From a virus, in IMG/VR virus record IMGVR_UViG_3300008107_005910, positions 12,771 to 76,770 of that record: DNA of 64,000 nt; one strand, 5' to 3'. The stretch's first letter is position 1. Each line of letters begins with the position of its first letter. Both the position numbers and the translations under genes were made by a program. The notes under the pieces were generated by a model. It did no database searches and was not told where the DNA came from. It saw only the letters and a program-made list of their open reading frames with translations. This document shows, piece by piece, positions 19,028-28,426 of the stretch.

Positions 19028-19672
19028 TTACTTCTGAGTTAGCTGATTAACAAATTCTAATAAGAGCTCGTGATGACGTTTTTCGTGCCAATGCTTGGGC
19101 ATCCAGGAATGATAATCATACCAAAACTTCTCACTTTCTGGATGGCATCCTATTAAACCTATACGATTTTGTATAATTGCCATGGGATCACCGTTAGCAT
19201 AGGTAGCAATAGTTTCAAATTTATTGTTATTACCAACTAAGGCGCAACCATCATAAAAAAACATCCTTTCAGGATGCCCGTTCCATACAACATCTATTGC
19301 TTTAGCATGTGGACGACGTGTATCTGTATTTGGTCTAGTAATGTATTGTACAGCATCCACTTCATCTAAAATATCAAAGTAATAACTACCAGCCCAGTAA
19401 GCACCCATACAAATTCCAAGATAGTATCCGCCCCTACCAACAAAATTTAATATCTTTTGTTTGTTGGCTTTTAAAAGTCTATGCCAAGTTTCGCTATCGC
19501 CTTCACCTCCAGGAAAAGCTACTATATCTACATCATCAAAAAATACGTCCTCAACTTCTCTGAATCCAAAGATTTTAAAGTTGTAGTGTTGACCCAACGC
19601 CTGTATTATACCATTGCCACATTGTACTGAGCATTTGGGGTCATGCAAAAATAATGCGATTGTAGGTTTCAT
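19028..19672 (-). CDS. BPL_N / class I glutamine-amidotransferase-like protein
   Basis: FPGGEG, YLGICMGAYWA, GCHPES. Confidence 0.85.
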   Translation of the reverse strand: MKPTIALFLHDPKCSVQCGNGIIQALGQHYNFKIFGFREVEDVFFDDVDIVAFPGGEGDSETWHRLLKANKQKILNFVGRGGYYLGICMGAYWAGSYYFDILDEVDAVQYITRPNTDTRRPHAKAIDVVWNGHPERMFFYDGCALVGNNNKFETIATYANGDPMAIIQNRIGLIGCHPESEKFWYDYHSWMPKHWHEKRHHELLLEFVNQLTQK

Positions 19673-19687
19673 TTTAATTAAAAATGC

Positions 19688-19781
19688 TCACTTAGAACGC
19701 CATTCCGGGGCACGACTCCCATAACGTTCTGCCCAGCAGCCGGGCACACCTATGTAACGATAACGTCCTAAGGTAGGTGTT
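19688..19781 (-). ncRNA. candidate structured RNA of unknown class (three adjacent stems)
   Basis: GC-rich intergenic stretch; stems ACACCUA/UAGGUGU, GCCCGG/CUGGGC, AGAACGUUAU/AUGGCGUUCU; G-U pairs work only on the minus strand. Confidence 0.5.
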
Positions 19782-20107
19782 TATACGCTAAAACTACTTC
19801 CACATCCACAAGTAGTTTGTGCGTTTGGATTCCTTATTACAAATTGACTTCCGTCTAGGTCATCTTTGTAATCAATTTCAGCGCCTTGAAGATATTGCAT
19901 ACTCATACTGTCAATTAACAATTTATAGTTGTTATTCAACGGAATTTCAAAATCGTCTTCGTTTTGTTCCTCATCAAACGTAAAACCATAACTAAAACCA
20001 CTGCAACCCCCGCCTTGTACAAATGTACGTAATGCTAGGTTGGGATTATTTTCTTCTGCTAGTAAATCTAAAACTTTTGTTTTTGCTGACTCTGTAATGT
20101 TAATCAT
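19781..20107 (-). CDS. erpA: Fe-S cluster insertion protein ErpA (A-type carrier)
   Basis: [11 protein letters not shown] and [14 protein letters not shown]. Confidence 0.93.
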   Translation of the reverse strand: MINITESAKTKVLDLLAEENNPNLALRTFVQGGGCSGFSYGFTFDEEQNEDDFEIPLNNNYKLLIDSMSMQYLQGAEIDYKDDLDGSQFVIRNPNAQTTCGCGSSFSV

Positions 20108-20195
20108 AATATATTCCTGCTAGTCCGCAGCCAAATCTTGCCAAACCTTCAATCAAATCTTCAATGAGGACTGTAAGGATTTCGCGGGCGGTCAT
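20100..20195 (-). CDS. 31-aa small ORF
   Basis: GAGGAGG SD; [31 protein letters not shown]; stop overlaps the erpA start region. Confidence 0.5.
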   Translation of the reverse strand: MTAREILTVLIEDLIEGLARFGCGLAGIYYD

Positions 20196-20238
20196 AACCA
20201 TCCTCCTCTGGGTAAACTGGATATTCGTTTGGGTTCAT
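20161..20238 (-). CDS. 25-aa small ORF
   Basis: TAATG-coupled to the nuclease gene; [25 protein letters not shown]. Confidence 0.4.
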   Translation of the reverse strand: MNPNEYPVYPEEDGYDRPRNPYSPH

Positions 20239-20672
20239 TAATTACACCAACTTTGTTTTGCTTCACCAAAGTATTCTCGAGCAAAGCCGTTACGTATTAG
20301 TTCTGCACGTAGACTTTGACCGTCTAAAATCATATCACCTAGTACACGACCGCCAAATTTATCCCATCCATAAAGAACAACTTGACGTTTGAGTGATTTA
20401 GCCACAGCATTTTTAGTAAAAGCAGTTGCGGCCTGTCCTCGCTGATCTTCACTGGGACACTGTGCTCTATGTCCTTTTTCAGGCGTATCTACCCCGTAGA
20501 CTCTAACTGCTAATTCTGGTTTAAGTGGGGCGGGAAGAAATGGCGCACTAATTACCACAGTGTCTCCGTCATTAACACGTATGATTTGTGCATCGTATAT
20601 GACCCCTTGTGGGGTTTTTTGTGCCAGTGCCAAAGTTGGCACTAATAATAATATTGCTAACAATTTTTTCAT
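20238..20672 (-). CDS. secreted staphylococcal-nuclease-like (thermonuclease) protein
   Basis: Signal peptide; DGDTV, RVYGVDTPE, DKFGGRVLG. Confidence 0.9.
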   Translation of the reverse strand: MKKLLAILLLVPTLALAQKTPQGVIYDAQIIRVNDGDTVVISAPFLPAPLKPELAVRVYGVDTPEKGHRAQCPSEDQRGQAATAFTKNAVAKSLKRQVVLYGWDKFGGRVLGDMILDGQSLRAELIRNGFAREYFGEAKQSWCN

Positions 20673-20699
20673 AATTGACCCTAAAATTAACTCTTGTAT

Positions 20700-21323
20700 T
20701 TATATTGTCTTTTCTGTGTATTCTGCTCTTTGCCAATTTAACAAATACTGTGCTTTCCAGTGATTCTGATCAAATCCTTTTAAATTCTCCCATTGATCTC
20801 GTTGTTGCCAAATCCTTTTGGCTGCATCAATCCAATCAGTGTGTCTTACAGTCCATTCAAAATCCACCATACGATTTTTGAAATATTCATAATCACAATG
20901 ATCATACTCTATATGTAGCACTTCATAGACTGTGCCGTCTTCTGCGACAGAATCTAGCGCAAAATCAAAACCCCATTTGCGTTTTGTTTTTAATAACAAG
21001 TCAACTTGTGGAAAATGGGGTTTCAGTTCAAATAATTGCTTGGCAGCATCCTGATCATAGTCACACCTGCATAAAAATATACTGTGATCTAAAATTAAGG
21101 GAATATTTGAATATTCTAATTCAAACCAAGGTTCCTGCCAACAGTGATGATTTAATATAGGATAGTTGATGGGATAGTCCATAGCTGAATAAAACTTTTG
21201 TTCAGCTAAATTTAATTCAAATCCGTCCTTGTCATAATATTGAAAATCTAATGGTTCTAATATTTCAACACTCTTTGTACAACTTGGATTTGACATCAGT
21301 GATACATCAAATCTACGAAACAT
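20700..21323 (-). CDS. hypothetical phage protein
   Basis: 207-aa ORF; YDKDGFEL, KWGFDFALD. Confidence 0.7.
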   Translation of the reverse strand: MFRRFDVSLMSNPSCTKSVEILEPLDFQYYDKDGFELNLAEQKFYSAMDYPINYPILNHHCWQEPWFELEYSNIPLILDHSIFLCRCDYDQDAAKQLFELKPHFPQVDLLLKTKRKWGFDFALDSVAEDGTVYEVLHIEYDHCDYEYFKNRMVDFEWTVRHTDWIDAAKRIWQQRDQWENLKGFDQNHWKAQYLLNWQRAEYTEKTI

Positions 21324-21344
21324 TATGGCGTCTAACTTTCTATT

Positions 21345-21728
21345 TTAATCAAAGTTTCCTAACATGCGTTTTTGTTCAATGTCATTTTTTCTAGCGTAAT
21401 CATCAATGGCCAATGCTAATTGAAAATCTAATATGGTCAAACCTTCGACATCAAATGTAGTTGTTTCTACAGTGACCTCAGCAACATCTTGTGTGACTTT
21501 GGCAAAATGATCTAATTTTTCAGATAGGTCATTAATATGTTCAATGAACTCTTCAGCTTGTCTATGATCCTGTGCCACATATTGAGCTTTAAGTATGCGA
21601 TGATCTAACATTTCCCAATCAGGTAAAAATTTAGACTTTAAATCGTTCAATGATTCCTTATTAGGGATGAACTCTTCTAGACTATTAGATCTAAATTTAC
21701 CTTCTATAATATCAATCCATTGTCTCAT
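21345..21728 (-). CDS. pterin-4-alpha-carbinolamine dehydratase-like protein with N-terminal extension
   Basis: LPDW...EKLDHFA...TTFDVEGLTILDFQLALAID (the canonical HHP and THD residues are altered). Confidence 0.7.
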   Translation of the reverse strand: MRQWIDIIEGKFRSNSLEEFIPNKESLNDLKSKFLPDWEMLDHRILKAQYVAQDHRQAEEFIEHINDLSEKLDHFAKVTQDVAEVTVETTTFDVEGLTILDFQLALAIDDYARKNDIEQKRMLGNFD

Positions 21729-22147
21729 TGTGTTCTGTCCTTGTTGTCTATGGCCCCACCTGTAACCCAGGCTGTACAGCTACGATCACCAGCACATTTA
21801 AAATGTAAAAAGTTACAGTAGCCTAGATCAGCTTTATGTATCGTTGCCATAGCGTCTGTTTCTTTACTGTCACCTTTGATTCCATCTTCAATACACTGCC
21901 ACATCTTATCACTGACATCAAAAGCCGCACAGTTGCCACACTTCATTGTACGAGCAGTTTTTTCTGTAATACCCCAACGTTTGGCAGCATCCTTCCAATA
22001 TGACTCTGATTCGTCTGGATTAGCAGGCCCATAGTAATATTCGTCTATGGCTTTCTGACGATTCTTTAAGTTGACATCTAGATCATGTGTAGCAATAGGA
22101 CAGCCTTTGTTGGCCGCTTCTAAAATAGTTATATATTTTCTCATCAT
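21725..22147 (-). CDS. Cys-rich conserved phage protein
   Basis: CPIAT, YGPANP, CGNCAAF, GYC..LHFKCA..RSC.AW. Confidence 0.7.
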   Translation of the reverse strand: MMRKYITILEAANKGCPIATHDLDVNLKNRQKAIDEYYYGPANPDESESYWKDAAKRWGITEKTARTMKCGNCAAFDVSDKMWQCIEDGIKGDSKETDAMATIHKADLGYCNFLHFKCAGDRSCTAWVTGGAIDNKDRTQ

Positions 22148-23457
22148 AGTTCATCCCATCCTATAGCCCAGCATTGTTGAGTTGAGTTAGTAGTTGTAGT
22201 TACAGCAATAAGAAACTCGTAATTTACACCTGTGAATGTGTTACGTTCTAACTGAAACTTAAAAGGAAATCCAGCCAGTGATGGTGCTATACTAGCCTGA
22301 TTAGTGGCTATAACATACCCTTCATCAATCAGCCTACCGTTAGTATAACTAGTGGGTGTTAGGTTGTATTCTACTGAAGATGTTGTGCCAGTGTCTTGCC
22401 ATTCGCCGCCAGTGGTGATAGCCTGCTGTATAATAAAATATTGATAATTGGCTCCAGTTAATGGAGCAAAACTAAAATTAGTAGGCACTACTATAGCGTT
22501 ATTTCTTCCTGCTTTGAGTCTTATACTGATCATAGGGACAGCAGTGTTGACCTGTGCTTGGTTAGTAGTTCTTGGTGCGGTTATGTTATGGCCAATAACT
22601 CTGGGGCGACCTATGAGTTCATAGCCGCCTTCTGATATCACAGATTGGCAGATAAATTTTAGTGTGTCGCTGACGCCTGTAGCACTGGTATTTTCTATCT
22701 CATAGCGAATGGGCAGTCGTGCTGTACCCATATAGGTTGTAGTTATGCCAGCGTTGTTAGCATGATCCCATCTATGGCAGGGTATAAACTGTCCGTTTAT
22801 TACAAAGCCCATAGTCACTGATCCTACACCTAACCATTCTAAGTTGATATAAAGTATCTGTGATGTGGCTAGATCTAATACAATCTTATCTGCATCTGTG
22901 CCGTCTAATTTACTGATGTTCCAATCTTCTTTGGCAATGCGTGTGGTTTGTAAACTACCGCTAGAACTACTTCTTCGTACAAAGTAAACATTTGTGCCAT
23001 CTTGTTCTAGATAGAAACCATTTTCAGTATCAAAGTATCCCACACGCTGTCTCAGTCCTGCGCGGGACTGTGCCATACAGAATGTTTCTAATACTAATAA
23101 ACTCTTACCTGGTTGGTAAGCAAACGCTCTTGTACTTTCTCTATAGACCTTGCTTCCATTAGAACCATCCACAGTCATTGCTAACGCACTCGAGTCAGAG
23201 TTGTGTTGTGTAGTTCCGCCACTGGCTGTAAAATTAACAAAACCGTCGACGTTGTCATAGTACTTGCTGGAGTTGTCAAATAAGGTAAACGGTTCGCTGG
23301 TACGAAAGCGACCAAATGCATCAGTGGCTGTAGGACCTAAAGTGGTTCTAAGTATTGGTCTGCCTAAAACATCATACTGCATAGCATGATGCAAGTCGCT
23401 TAGGTTAGGTTCCCAAGGATGTACATAATTGGTACTATTAGGATGTAATATTGGCAT
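22144..23457 (-). CDS. putative virion structural protein (beta-rich)
   Basis: DAFGRFRTSEPFTLFD, YQPGKS, EWLGVG, LPIRYEIEN; Thr/Ser/Gly-rich. Confidence 0.7.
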   Translation of the reverse strand: MPILHPNSTNYVHPWEPNLSDLHHAMQYDVLGRPILRTTLGPTATDAFGRFRTSEPFTLFDNSSKYYDNVDGFVNFTASGGTTQHNSDSSALAMTVDGSNGSKVYRESTRAFAYQPGKSLLVLETFCMAQSRAGLRQRVGYFDTENGFYLEQDGTNVYFVRRSSSSGSLQTTRIAKEDWNISKLDGTDADKIVLDLATSQILYINLEWLGVGSVTMGFVINGQFIPCHRWDHANNAGITTTYMGTARLPIRYEIENTSATGVSDTLKFICQSVISEGGYELIGRPRVIGHNITAPRTTNQAQVNTAVPMISIRLKAGRNNAIVVPTNFSFAPLTGANYQYFIIQQAITTGGEWQDTGTTSSVEYNLTPTSYTNGRLIDEGYVIATNQASIAPSLAGFPFKFQLERNTFTGVNYEFLIAVTTTTNSTQQCWAIGWDEL

Positions 23458-23458
23458 A

Positions 23459-23671
23459 TTAAGGAGTTGTGTTCCAAGGACGACCTGGTTGTAAACCGCC
23501 TACGTTAGGATTATCAACTACAGCGTTATCATCGTATTGTGTTGGCAACTCCGTTATATCATAAGTTGCTCTAGGGTTTCCATCTGCGGCTCTATCTATT
23601 GCCGCTTGATCCAATTTAGCTTTTTGTCGCAACTCTCTAGTTGCTAATTGTGCAATTCCATTAGCTGACAT
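23459..23671 (-). CDS. small virion-type protein (start MSANGIA)
   Basis: LPTQY...NPNVGGLQPGRPW. Confidence 0.65.
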   Translation of the reverse strand: MSANGIAQLATRELRQKAKLDQAAIDRAADGNPRATYDITELPTQYDDNAVVDNPNVGGLQPGRPWNTTP

Positions 23672-23963
23672 GTTGTGTTCCTGGATACATTGAAATACTA
23701 TCTGTCCTAATATCTGCAGGATGCTTTGGGGCATTAGTTCCGCCACCTGCTTTAATAGTAACAGTTTCTATACTGGCAATAGCATCTGCTGGACTGTTAT
23801 CGTAGGTGCCTGATTTAGCATCTACTAGATCAGAAATCTGATCAAATCTACGTGTTTCGTCATCATAGAACTCTTCAGCTGAAGGATTCTCTTTGCCAAT
23901 TTCTTGTGTTTCGACTTGATCTATCAAATCTAAAACACCCCTAATAATTTCTGTTGCTCGCAT
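23661..23963 (-). CDS. putative internal head protein (start MRATEII)
   Basis: Shared N-terminal motif; AGGGTNAPKHPADIR; TAAATA upstream. Confidence 0.65.
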   Translation of the reverse strand: MRATEIIRGVLDLIDQVETQEIGKENPSAEEFYDDETRRFDQISDLVDAKSGTYDNSPADAIASIETVTIKAGGGTNAPKHPADIRTDSISMYPGTQHVS

Positions 23964-23983
23964 ATTCTTACCCCTAGACATCG

Positions 23984-23998
23984 TATTTAGCGTAAATA
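23984..23998. promoter_or_regulatory. back-to-back TAAATA late-promoter-like elements (TATTTA-gcg-TAAATA)
   Basis: Palindromic pair between divergent genes 23963(-) and 24007(+). Confidence 0.6.
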
Positions 23999-24006
23999 TT
24001 AACACT

Positions 24007-24555
24007 ATGAAACCAGTGTTGATGATACACGAAATCAAAGAAGAATTCTTTGATTTACCCTTAGAAAACTACATTCTAACATTTGATGACGGGCTTTACA
24101 GCCAGTATCACTACTACCCACGCTTCAAAGAAATACCCACTGAAAAGATATATTTCATCAGTTCAGGAATAATTTGTAATGGATCACAAAGTACAGAATT
24201 CCCTGCTTGTCACATCGCCCACGATAAAGCATTTCAAGGAAACTTTGAAGATTACATGACTTTAGATCAAATTAAAGAATTAATGAAGGATCCATTAGTT
24301 AGTATTGGTGGGCATAGTCATGTACATAAAAATCTAAAAGAACTAACAAAAGTAACGCATAGAGCCATGCACGTTATGAACGACACTAAACTCATGATGA
24401 ATTGGTTCAAAGAAAATTTAAACTTTACTCCAACTAAATTTTGTTTCCCTTACAATGATGACAACGATGGTTTTTACGTGCCTGTTTTAAAGTCAGTGGG
24501 CTTTACAGAATTTTACGGCAAAGAACGATTGGCTATTGAAAACGTTGCCAATTAA
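24007..24555 (+). CDS. polysaccharide deacetylase (CE4/NodB) family protein
   Basis: LTFDDG, GGHSHVH, FCFPY. Confidence 0.85.
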   Translation: MKPVLMIHEIKEEFFDLPLENYILTFDDGLYSQYHYYPRFKEIPTEKIYFISSGIICNGSQSTEFPACHIAHDKAFQGNFEDYMTLDQIKELMKDPLVSIGGHSHVHKNLKELTKVTHRAMHVMNDTKLMMNWFKENLNFTPTKFCFPYNDDNDGFYVPVLKSVGFTEFYGKERLAIENVAN

Positions 24556-24739
24556 TCTTATTCCAAAGTCTTTCATGTAGATAATACAAAATAGTATTTG
24601 CTATCAGTTGTATTACTGCGATAGTACCTGCTATAGTTAAGTCACTGGATATAAGCCAGCTGATTAAAAAAGTAGAACCACTTCCAGTTAATCGCCAGCT
24701 TATTGTTTTAACTATACTACGACGTGGACTTTCATTCAA
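24533..24739 (-). CDS. DUF2061-like small membrane protein
   Basis: RSIVKTISWR...YYLHERLW. Confidence 0.8.
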   Translation of the reverse strand: MNESPRRSIVKTISWRLTGSGSTFLISWLISSDLTIAGTIAVIQLIANTILYYLHERLWNKINWQRFQ

Positions 24740-25523
24740 GTCCCATCTCCTTACGAATCTTTGTAGCACTTATGTTAGTGATACTTTCATCAAATGTTTC
24801 TTGTTCTATTTTATACCCAACGTCTCTACCATACGTGATGTTAGTAATATTAGGAACTAACATAACTTGAAACTGTCCTTGATAAATTGGTTCAAGGTCA
24901 CGTTTAATATTACGCACAACTTGGAAAAAGTCAAACGGATTGCTTCCTTGCCATCCTTGGCAATCCCTCACCATGATACACACTTGACCAGTCTTAGCGA
25001 TAGCACGTTCAAATAAGGCGCGATGTCCTTTATGCCATGGTTGCCAACGTCCTAACATTTGTACAGTTTCTTTCTTGTTGTCCCAACGTGGACGTCTACG
25101 ATTGTCAATTATGTGTTCAGCAATAAAGTCTACCCATTTTTCTGCCCACTGCTCTGTAATACGAAAATCATAAATCTCAGGTTCTACGAACATCTTGTTA
25201 GTGTCTTCGTAACGTCCTTCATCTATAGTGTCTACCCATATAGTCCAGTCAGCTTTAAAGTTATTACGCATTTCGACCAATGGAGCAACAAAGTCTACAA
25301 TACAATAATCTGTGTTACTTGTGTCGGCCAATTCACGCATGCGGTGACTTTGTCTAATACGACCTTCACGACTAAAATCCCAATCGTCAAAATGTCTACG
25401 AACTTCATCAGCGTTAAGCCATCCCACAGTTTTTTCGTATCCTTCTAAACGTTTTTTCAAACGTTCTGCTAGATATGTTTTTCCAGCTCCTGGCAATCCC
25501 ATAATTAAAATTCTTTGTGTCAT
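24732..25523 (-). CDS. adenylylsulfate-kinase-like domain fused to a cytidylyltransferase-like domain
   Basis: GLPGAGKT, NADEVR, DFSREGR; GRWQPWHKGH, YGRDVGY, ISATKIR. Confidence 0.85.
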   Translation of the reverse strand: MTQRILIMGLPGAGKTYLAERLKKRLEGYEKTVGWLNADEVRRHFDDWDFSREGRIRQSHRMRELADTSNTDYCIVDFVAPLVEMRNNFKADWTIWVDTIDEGRYEDTNKMFVEPEIYDFRITEQWAEKWVDFIAEHIIDNRRRPRWDNKKETVQMLGRWQPWHKGHRALFERAIAKTGQVCIMVRDCQGWQGSNPFDFFQVVRNIKRDLEPIYQGQFQVMLVPNITNITYGRDVGYKIEQETFDESITNISATKIRKEMGLE

Positions 25524-25579
25524 AATAGATGCATCCTTTGATTTATTTATTGGTGATAACTGCGTACATAAATATTTCC

Positions 25580-27100
25580 ATGAATCATTGTTTAATTTTT
25601 GGTGTTACCAACGGCGGAATTTTTAGAGCTACTGGTGCTCATAGAATCGCTAATCATCTTAGACTTCAGGGTTGGGACTGTGAAGTTGTAGATTTTATTG
25701 AATATTGGTCGTTTGATCAAATAAAAGAACTATTATTATCTAGGGTTAATGAGAATACAAAGTTCTTTGGTTTCTCTATTACATTTAATCTAACAAAAAA
25801 TGAACAATTATTGTTAAATTTGGTTAATTGGGCAAAGGAAAAATGGCCTAATCTGAAATTTATTTCAGGCGGTCATAGCGTTCCTTTTTTCCCTGCACCA
25901 TTTGATTATCACATAATGAGTTATGCTGAATTTGCACTAGATGAATTATTAAAATGGTTATTTTCAAATGGTGTAACTCCGGTATTTGATCCATTGCTTA
26001 AGAAAGGCAACATGGAGGTTATTAATGCTACAGTACACCTTCCTTCTCATCCATTTCCTGAAGCAGTTATAAAATATGAGCCAAGAGATTTTATGACTCC
26101 TACAGATCATGGAGTTATAGAATTCAGCAGGGGTTGTATTTTCCAATGTAAATTTTGTAACTTTCCTGTCTTAGGCGTTAGAGGAGATTATACCAGATCA
26201 GCAGAAAGTGTCTATGAACAAATGATGTTTAATTATGACAATTATGGCGTACAAGATTACGGAGTAAGCGACGAGACATTCAATGACCGTACTGAGAAAA
26301 TTGCAAAATTTGCAGATGTAGTTGAAAAACTACCTTGGAAACCATATTTTAGTGCATTTATTCGTGCTGACTTGTTGATATCAAGACCTAGAGATAGAGA
26401 AGAACTTTTAAGACTTGGGTTACACGCACACCTGTATGGTATAGAGTCGTTTAACGCACAATCTTTAAAATACATTGGAAAAGGTATGGCTCCAGATAGG
26501 CTTAAAGAAGGTCTTATCGATGTAAGAAACTATTTTAAAAAACATATTGGACATAGATTTCGAGCATCAATTAATTTGATAGCTGGGTTACCTCATGAAA
26601 CACTTGAAACTATGGAAGAAACTTGTCAGTGGATACACAAAAATTGGTTAGATCAAACTGTTACTTGCCAGCCTTTACGAATTAATAAAGACGACGAGCC
26701 GCGACCATCGATCGTTGATGAATCATATGATACATTAGGGTATATTGAAATGACACCTGAAGAGCAATATGCGGCAATCAATTCTAGAGACGGAGAAGCA
26801 TGGGTTCATTTAGAATATGGTCATTTTGAACTTCTTGAAAGAAATCGCATATGGAAAAATGAACATATGAATTGGTATCAAGCTGTGTCATATTCTGCTA
26901 AAATTAATGGGGGTGGAAAGAAATTTGGAAACATTGAAAAAGTTTATCCATTACACATGCCTCTAGTTTATTCAGATAAGTTTGGTAATATATTGACCAC
27001 AGATGAAAAATTAAAACTATATGGAAAGAAAACTAGGGAAGCTGAAGAAGGCGCAAGGGTATACATACAAAATTATATATCTAAAAAATTAAGTCTTTAA
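25580..27100 (+). CDS. cobalamin-binding-type radical SAM protein (start re-assigned to MNHCLIF)
   Basis: SRGCIFQCKFCNF, DETFND, GIESF, IAGLPHET; N-terminal B12-binding-like domain (..ISGG). Confidence 0.85.
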   Translation: MNHCLIFGVTNGGIFRATGAHRIANHLRLQGWDCEVVDFIEYWSFDQIKELLLSRVNENTKFFGFSITFNLTKNEQLLLNLVNWAKEKWPNLKFISGGHSVPFFPAPFDYHIMSYAEFALDELLKWLFSNGVTPVFDPLLKKGNMEVINATVHLPSHPFPEAVIKYEPRDFMTPTDHGVIEFSRGCIFQCKFCNFPVLGVRGDYTRSAESVYEQMMFNYDNYGVQDYGVSDETFNDRTEKIAKFADVVEKLPWKPYFSAFIRADLLISRPRDREELLRLGLHAHLYGIESFNAQSLKYIGKGMAPDRLKEGLIDVRNYFKKHIGHRFRASINLIAGLPHETLETMEETCQWIHKNWLDQTVTCQPLRINKDDEPRPSIVDESYDTLGYIEMTPEEQYAAINSRDGEAWVHLEYGHFELLERNRIWKNEHMNWYQAVSYSAKINGGGKKFGNIEKVYPLHMPLVYSDKFGNILTTDEKLKLYGKKTREAEEGARVYIQNYISKKLSL

Positions 27101-27101
27101 T

Positions 27102-27785
27102 ATGTCTATACATTTTCCCTACGTTCCAGCAACTTATCGTAATATACCTAAAACGGGAACTACCAGCTTTAAATGGTGGTCTAGAGACAATATAAAAAAT
27201 TGTGAAATATTAGAAGACCCTTCTAGGATTTATAATATGCAACATTTGTCTTTAGAAGAGATTCAACAAAAGTGGCCAAACTACGGAACAACTTTTACAT
27301 TTGTACGAAATCCATTTGATAGAATGGTCAGTATATTTCATCACGTAGGCCAAGATGCCGAGGCACGAATTAAACAGCGTCCACTAGGCGGTACAAAAGA
27401 ACAGTACGGAGTCAAACAAGAAGAACTAGACTCTATACCAATTGAAATTGATATTAAAGTTTTACAAGTTTATAGGAAGGGATTTGATCACTGGGTACAT
27501 TCAGACTTTGTACCAAATTACAATGATTCTCTAAATTCTTTGCTACATCAAAAAGAAAGTCAGATGTATTGGCTTAATAATGTAGTGCCTGATATTGTTA
27601 TTAAAATTGAAGAAGTTAATCAAAAGTTTAATCTATTACAAGACTTACTTGAATGCCATGTTCCTTTCATACATATAAACAAAAGTGAACACAAGCCTTA
27701 CAAAGAGTATTATAACGAGTCAACTAAAAAGATAGTAAGAGATCTATTTAAAGATGACCTTGACGCTTTCAACTACGATTTTTAA
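27102..27785 (+). CDS. sulfotransferase (Sulfotransfer_2 family)
   Basis: IPKTGTTS (5'-PSB), FVRNPFDRMVS (3'-PB), DLDAFNYDF. Confidence 0.85.
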   Translation: MSIHFPYVPATYRNIPKTGTTSFKWWSRDNIKNCEILEDPSRIYNMQHLSLEEIQQKWPNYGTTFTFVRNPFDRMVSIFHHVGQDAEARIKQRPLGGTKEQYGVKQEELDSIPIEIDIKVLQVYRKGFDHWVHSDFVPNYNDSLNSLLHQKESQMYWLNNVVPDIVIKIEEVNQKFNLLQDLLECHVPFIHINKSEHKPYKEYYNESTKKIVRDLFKDDLDAFNYDF

Positions 27786-28426
27786 CGTCTAGAAAAAACA
27801 AGTTGGAAAGCTTCTGCATAGTTAACACCAATTTGTGTTCCCCTAAACTTTGCTCTAGTTTCCATTGATTCAATACTACGTGCATCAGGGTATTGATAAG
27901 TTTCAGTTTGATACAAGTCCAATGCTTGCTTCTTTATATTAATAAAATCCCCAACATCAACAAAGATGTTTGGTTCAAATGTAGGTTGTACTTTATAGAA
28001 AGACCAATCTGAGCTGGCTGGTATTTCACAGAAGTACAATTCTTTAATAGTGGATTGTGGTTTGGGTCTACAAGCAACCATTGTTGCTTCTGCTACTACC
28101 CTGTGATCTTGATGTATGTCTGAAATACTGTGTGTATATACTACATCAGGTTTCATTTGGGCAATGATACTTTCAAGTTTATGAATAGTGGGTTGAGCAG
28201 TTAAAGCCAAATCAGGAACATTGTGGATTGTCCCTGTCGCACCAAATAGTTTACAGGCTTCATAAAACGATTTAACTCGTTGACTTGATACATTTTCATT
28301 GCCTGGACGTGCTCCATTGCACAATGAAAAGACATGCACATCATTGTCTAAAGAAAGTTTAGCAATAGTCCCACCTGGACCAAAACTCTCATCGTCGGGG
28401 TGTGCAAAAATAAACATTATTTTCAT
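27782..28426 (-). CDS. PIG-L/LmbE family deacetylase
   Basis: AHPDDE, THS..DIHQDH, AEAF. Confidence 0.92.
   Translation of the reverse strand: MKIMFIFAHPDDESFGPGGTIAKLSLDNDVHVFSLCNGARPGNENVSSQRVKSFYEACKLFGATGTIHNVPDLALTAQPTIHKLESIIAQMKPDVVYTHSISDIHQDHRVVAEATMVACRPKPQSTIKELYFCEIPASSDWSFYKVQPTFEPNIFVDVGDFINIKKQALDLYQTETYQYPDARSIESMETRAKFRGTQIGVNYAEAFQLVFSRR

Noticed and set aside
19688-19781. tRNA gene
   Set aside because: No cloverleaf, no canonical TTCRA loop and no acceptor stem; kept only as an unclassified structured RNA. No tRNA was recognised elsewhere by eye.
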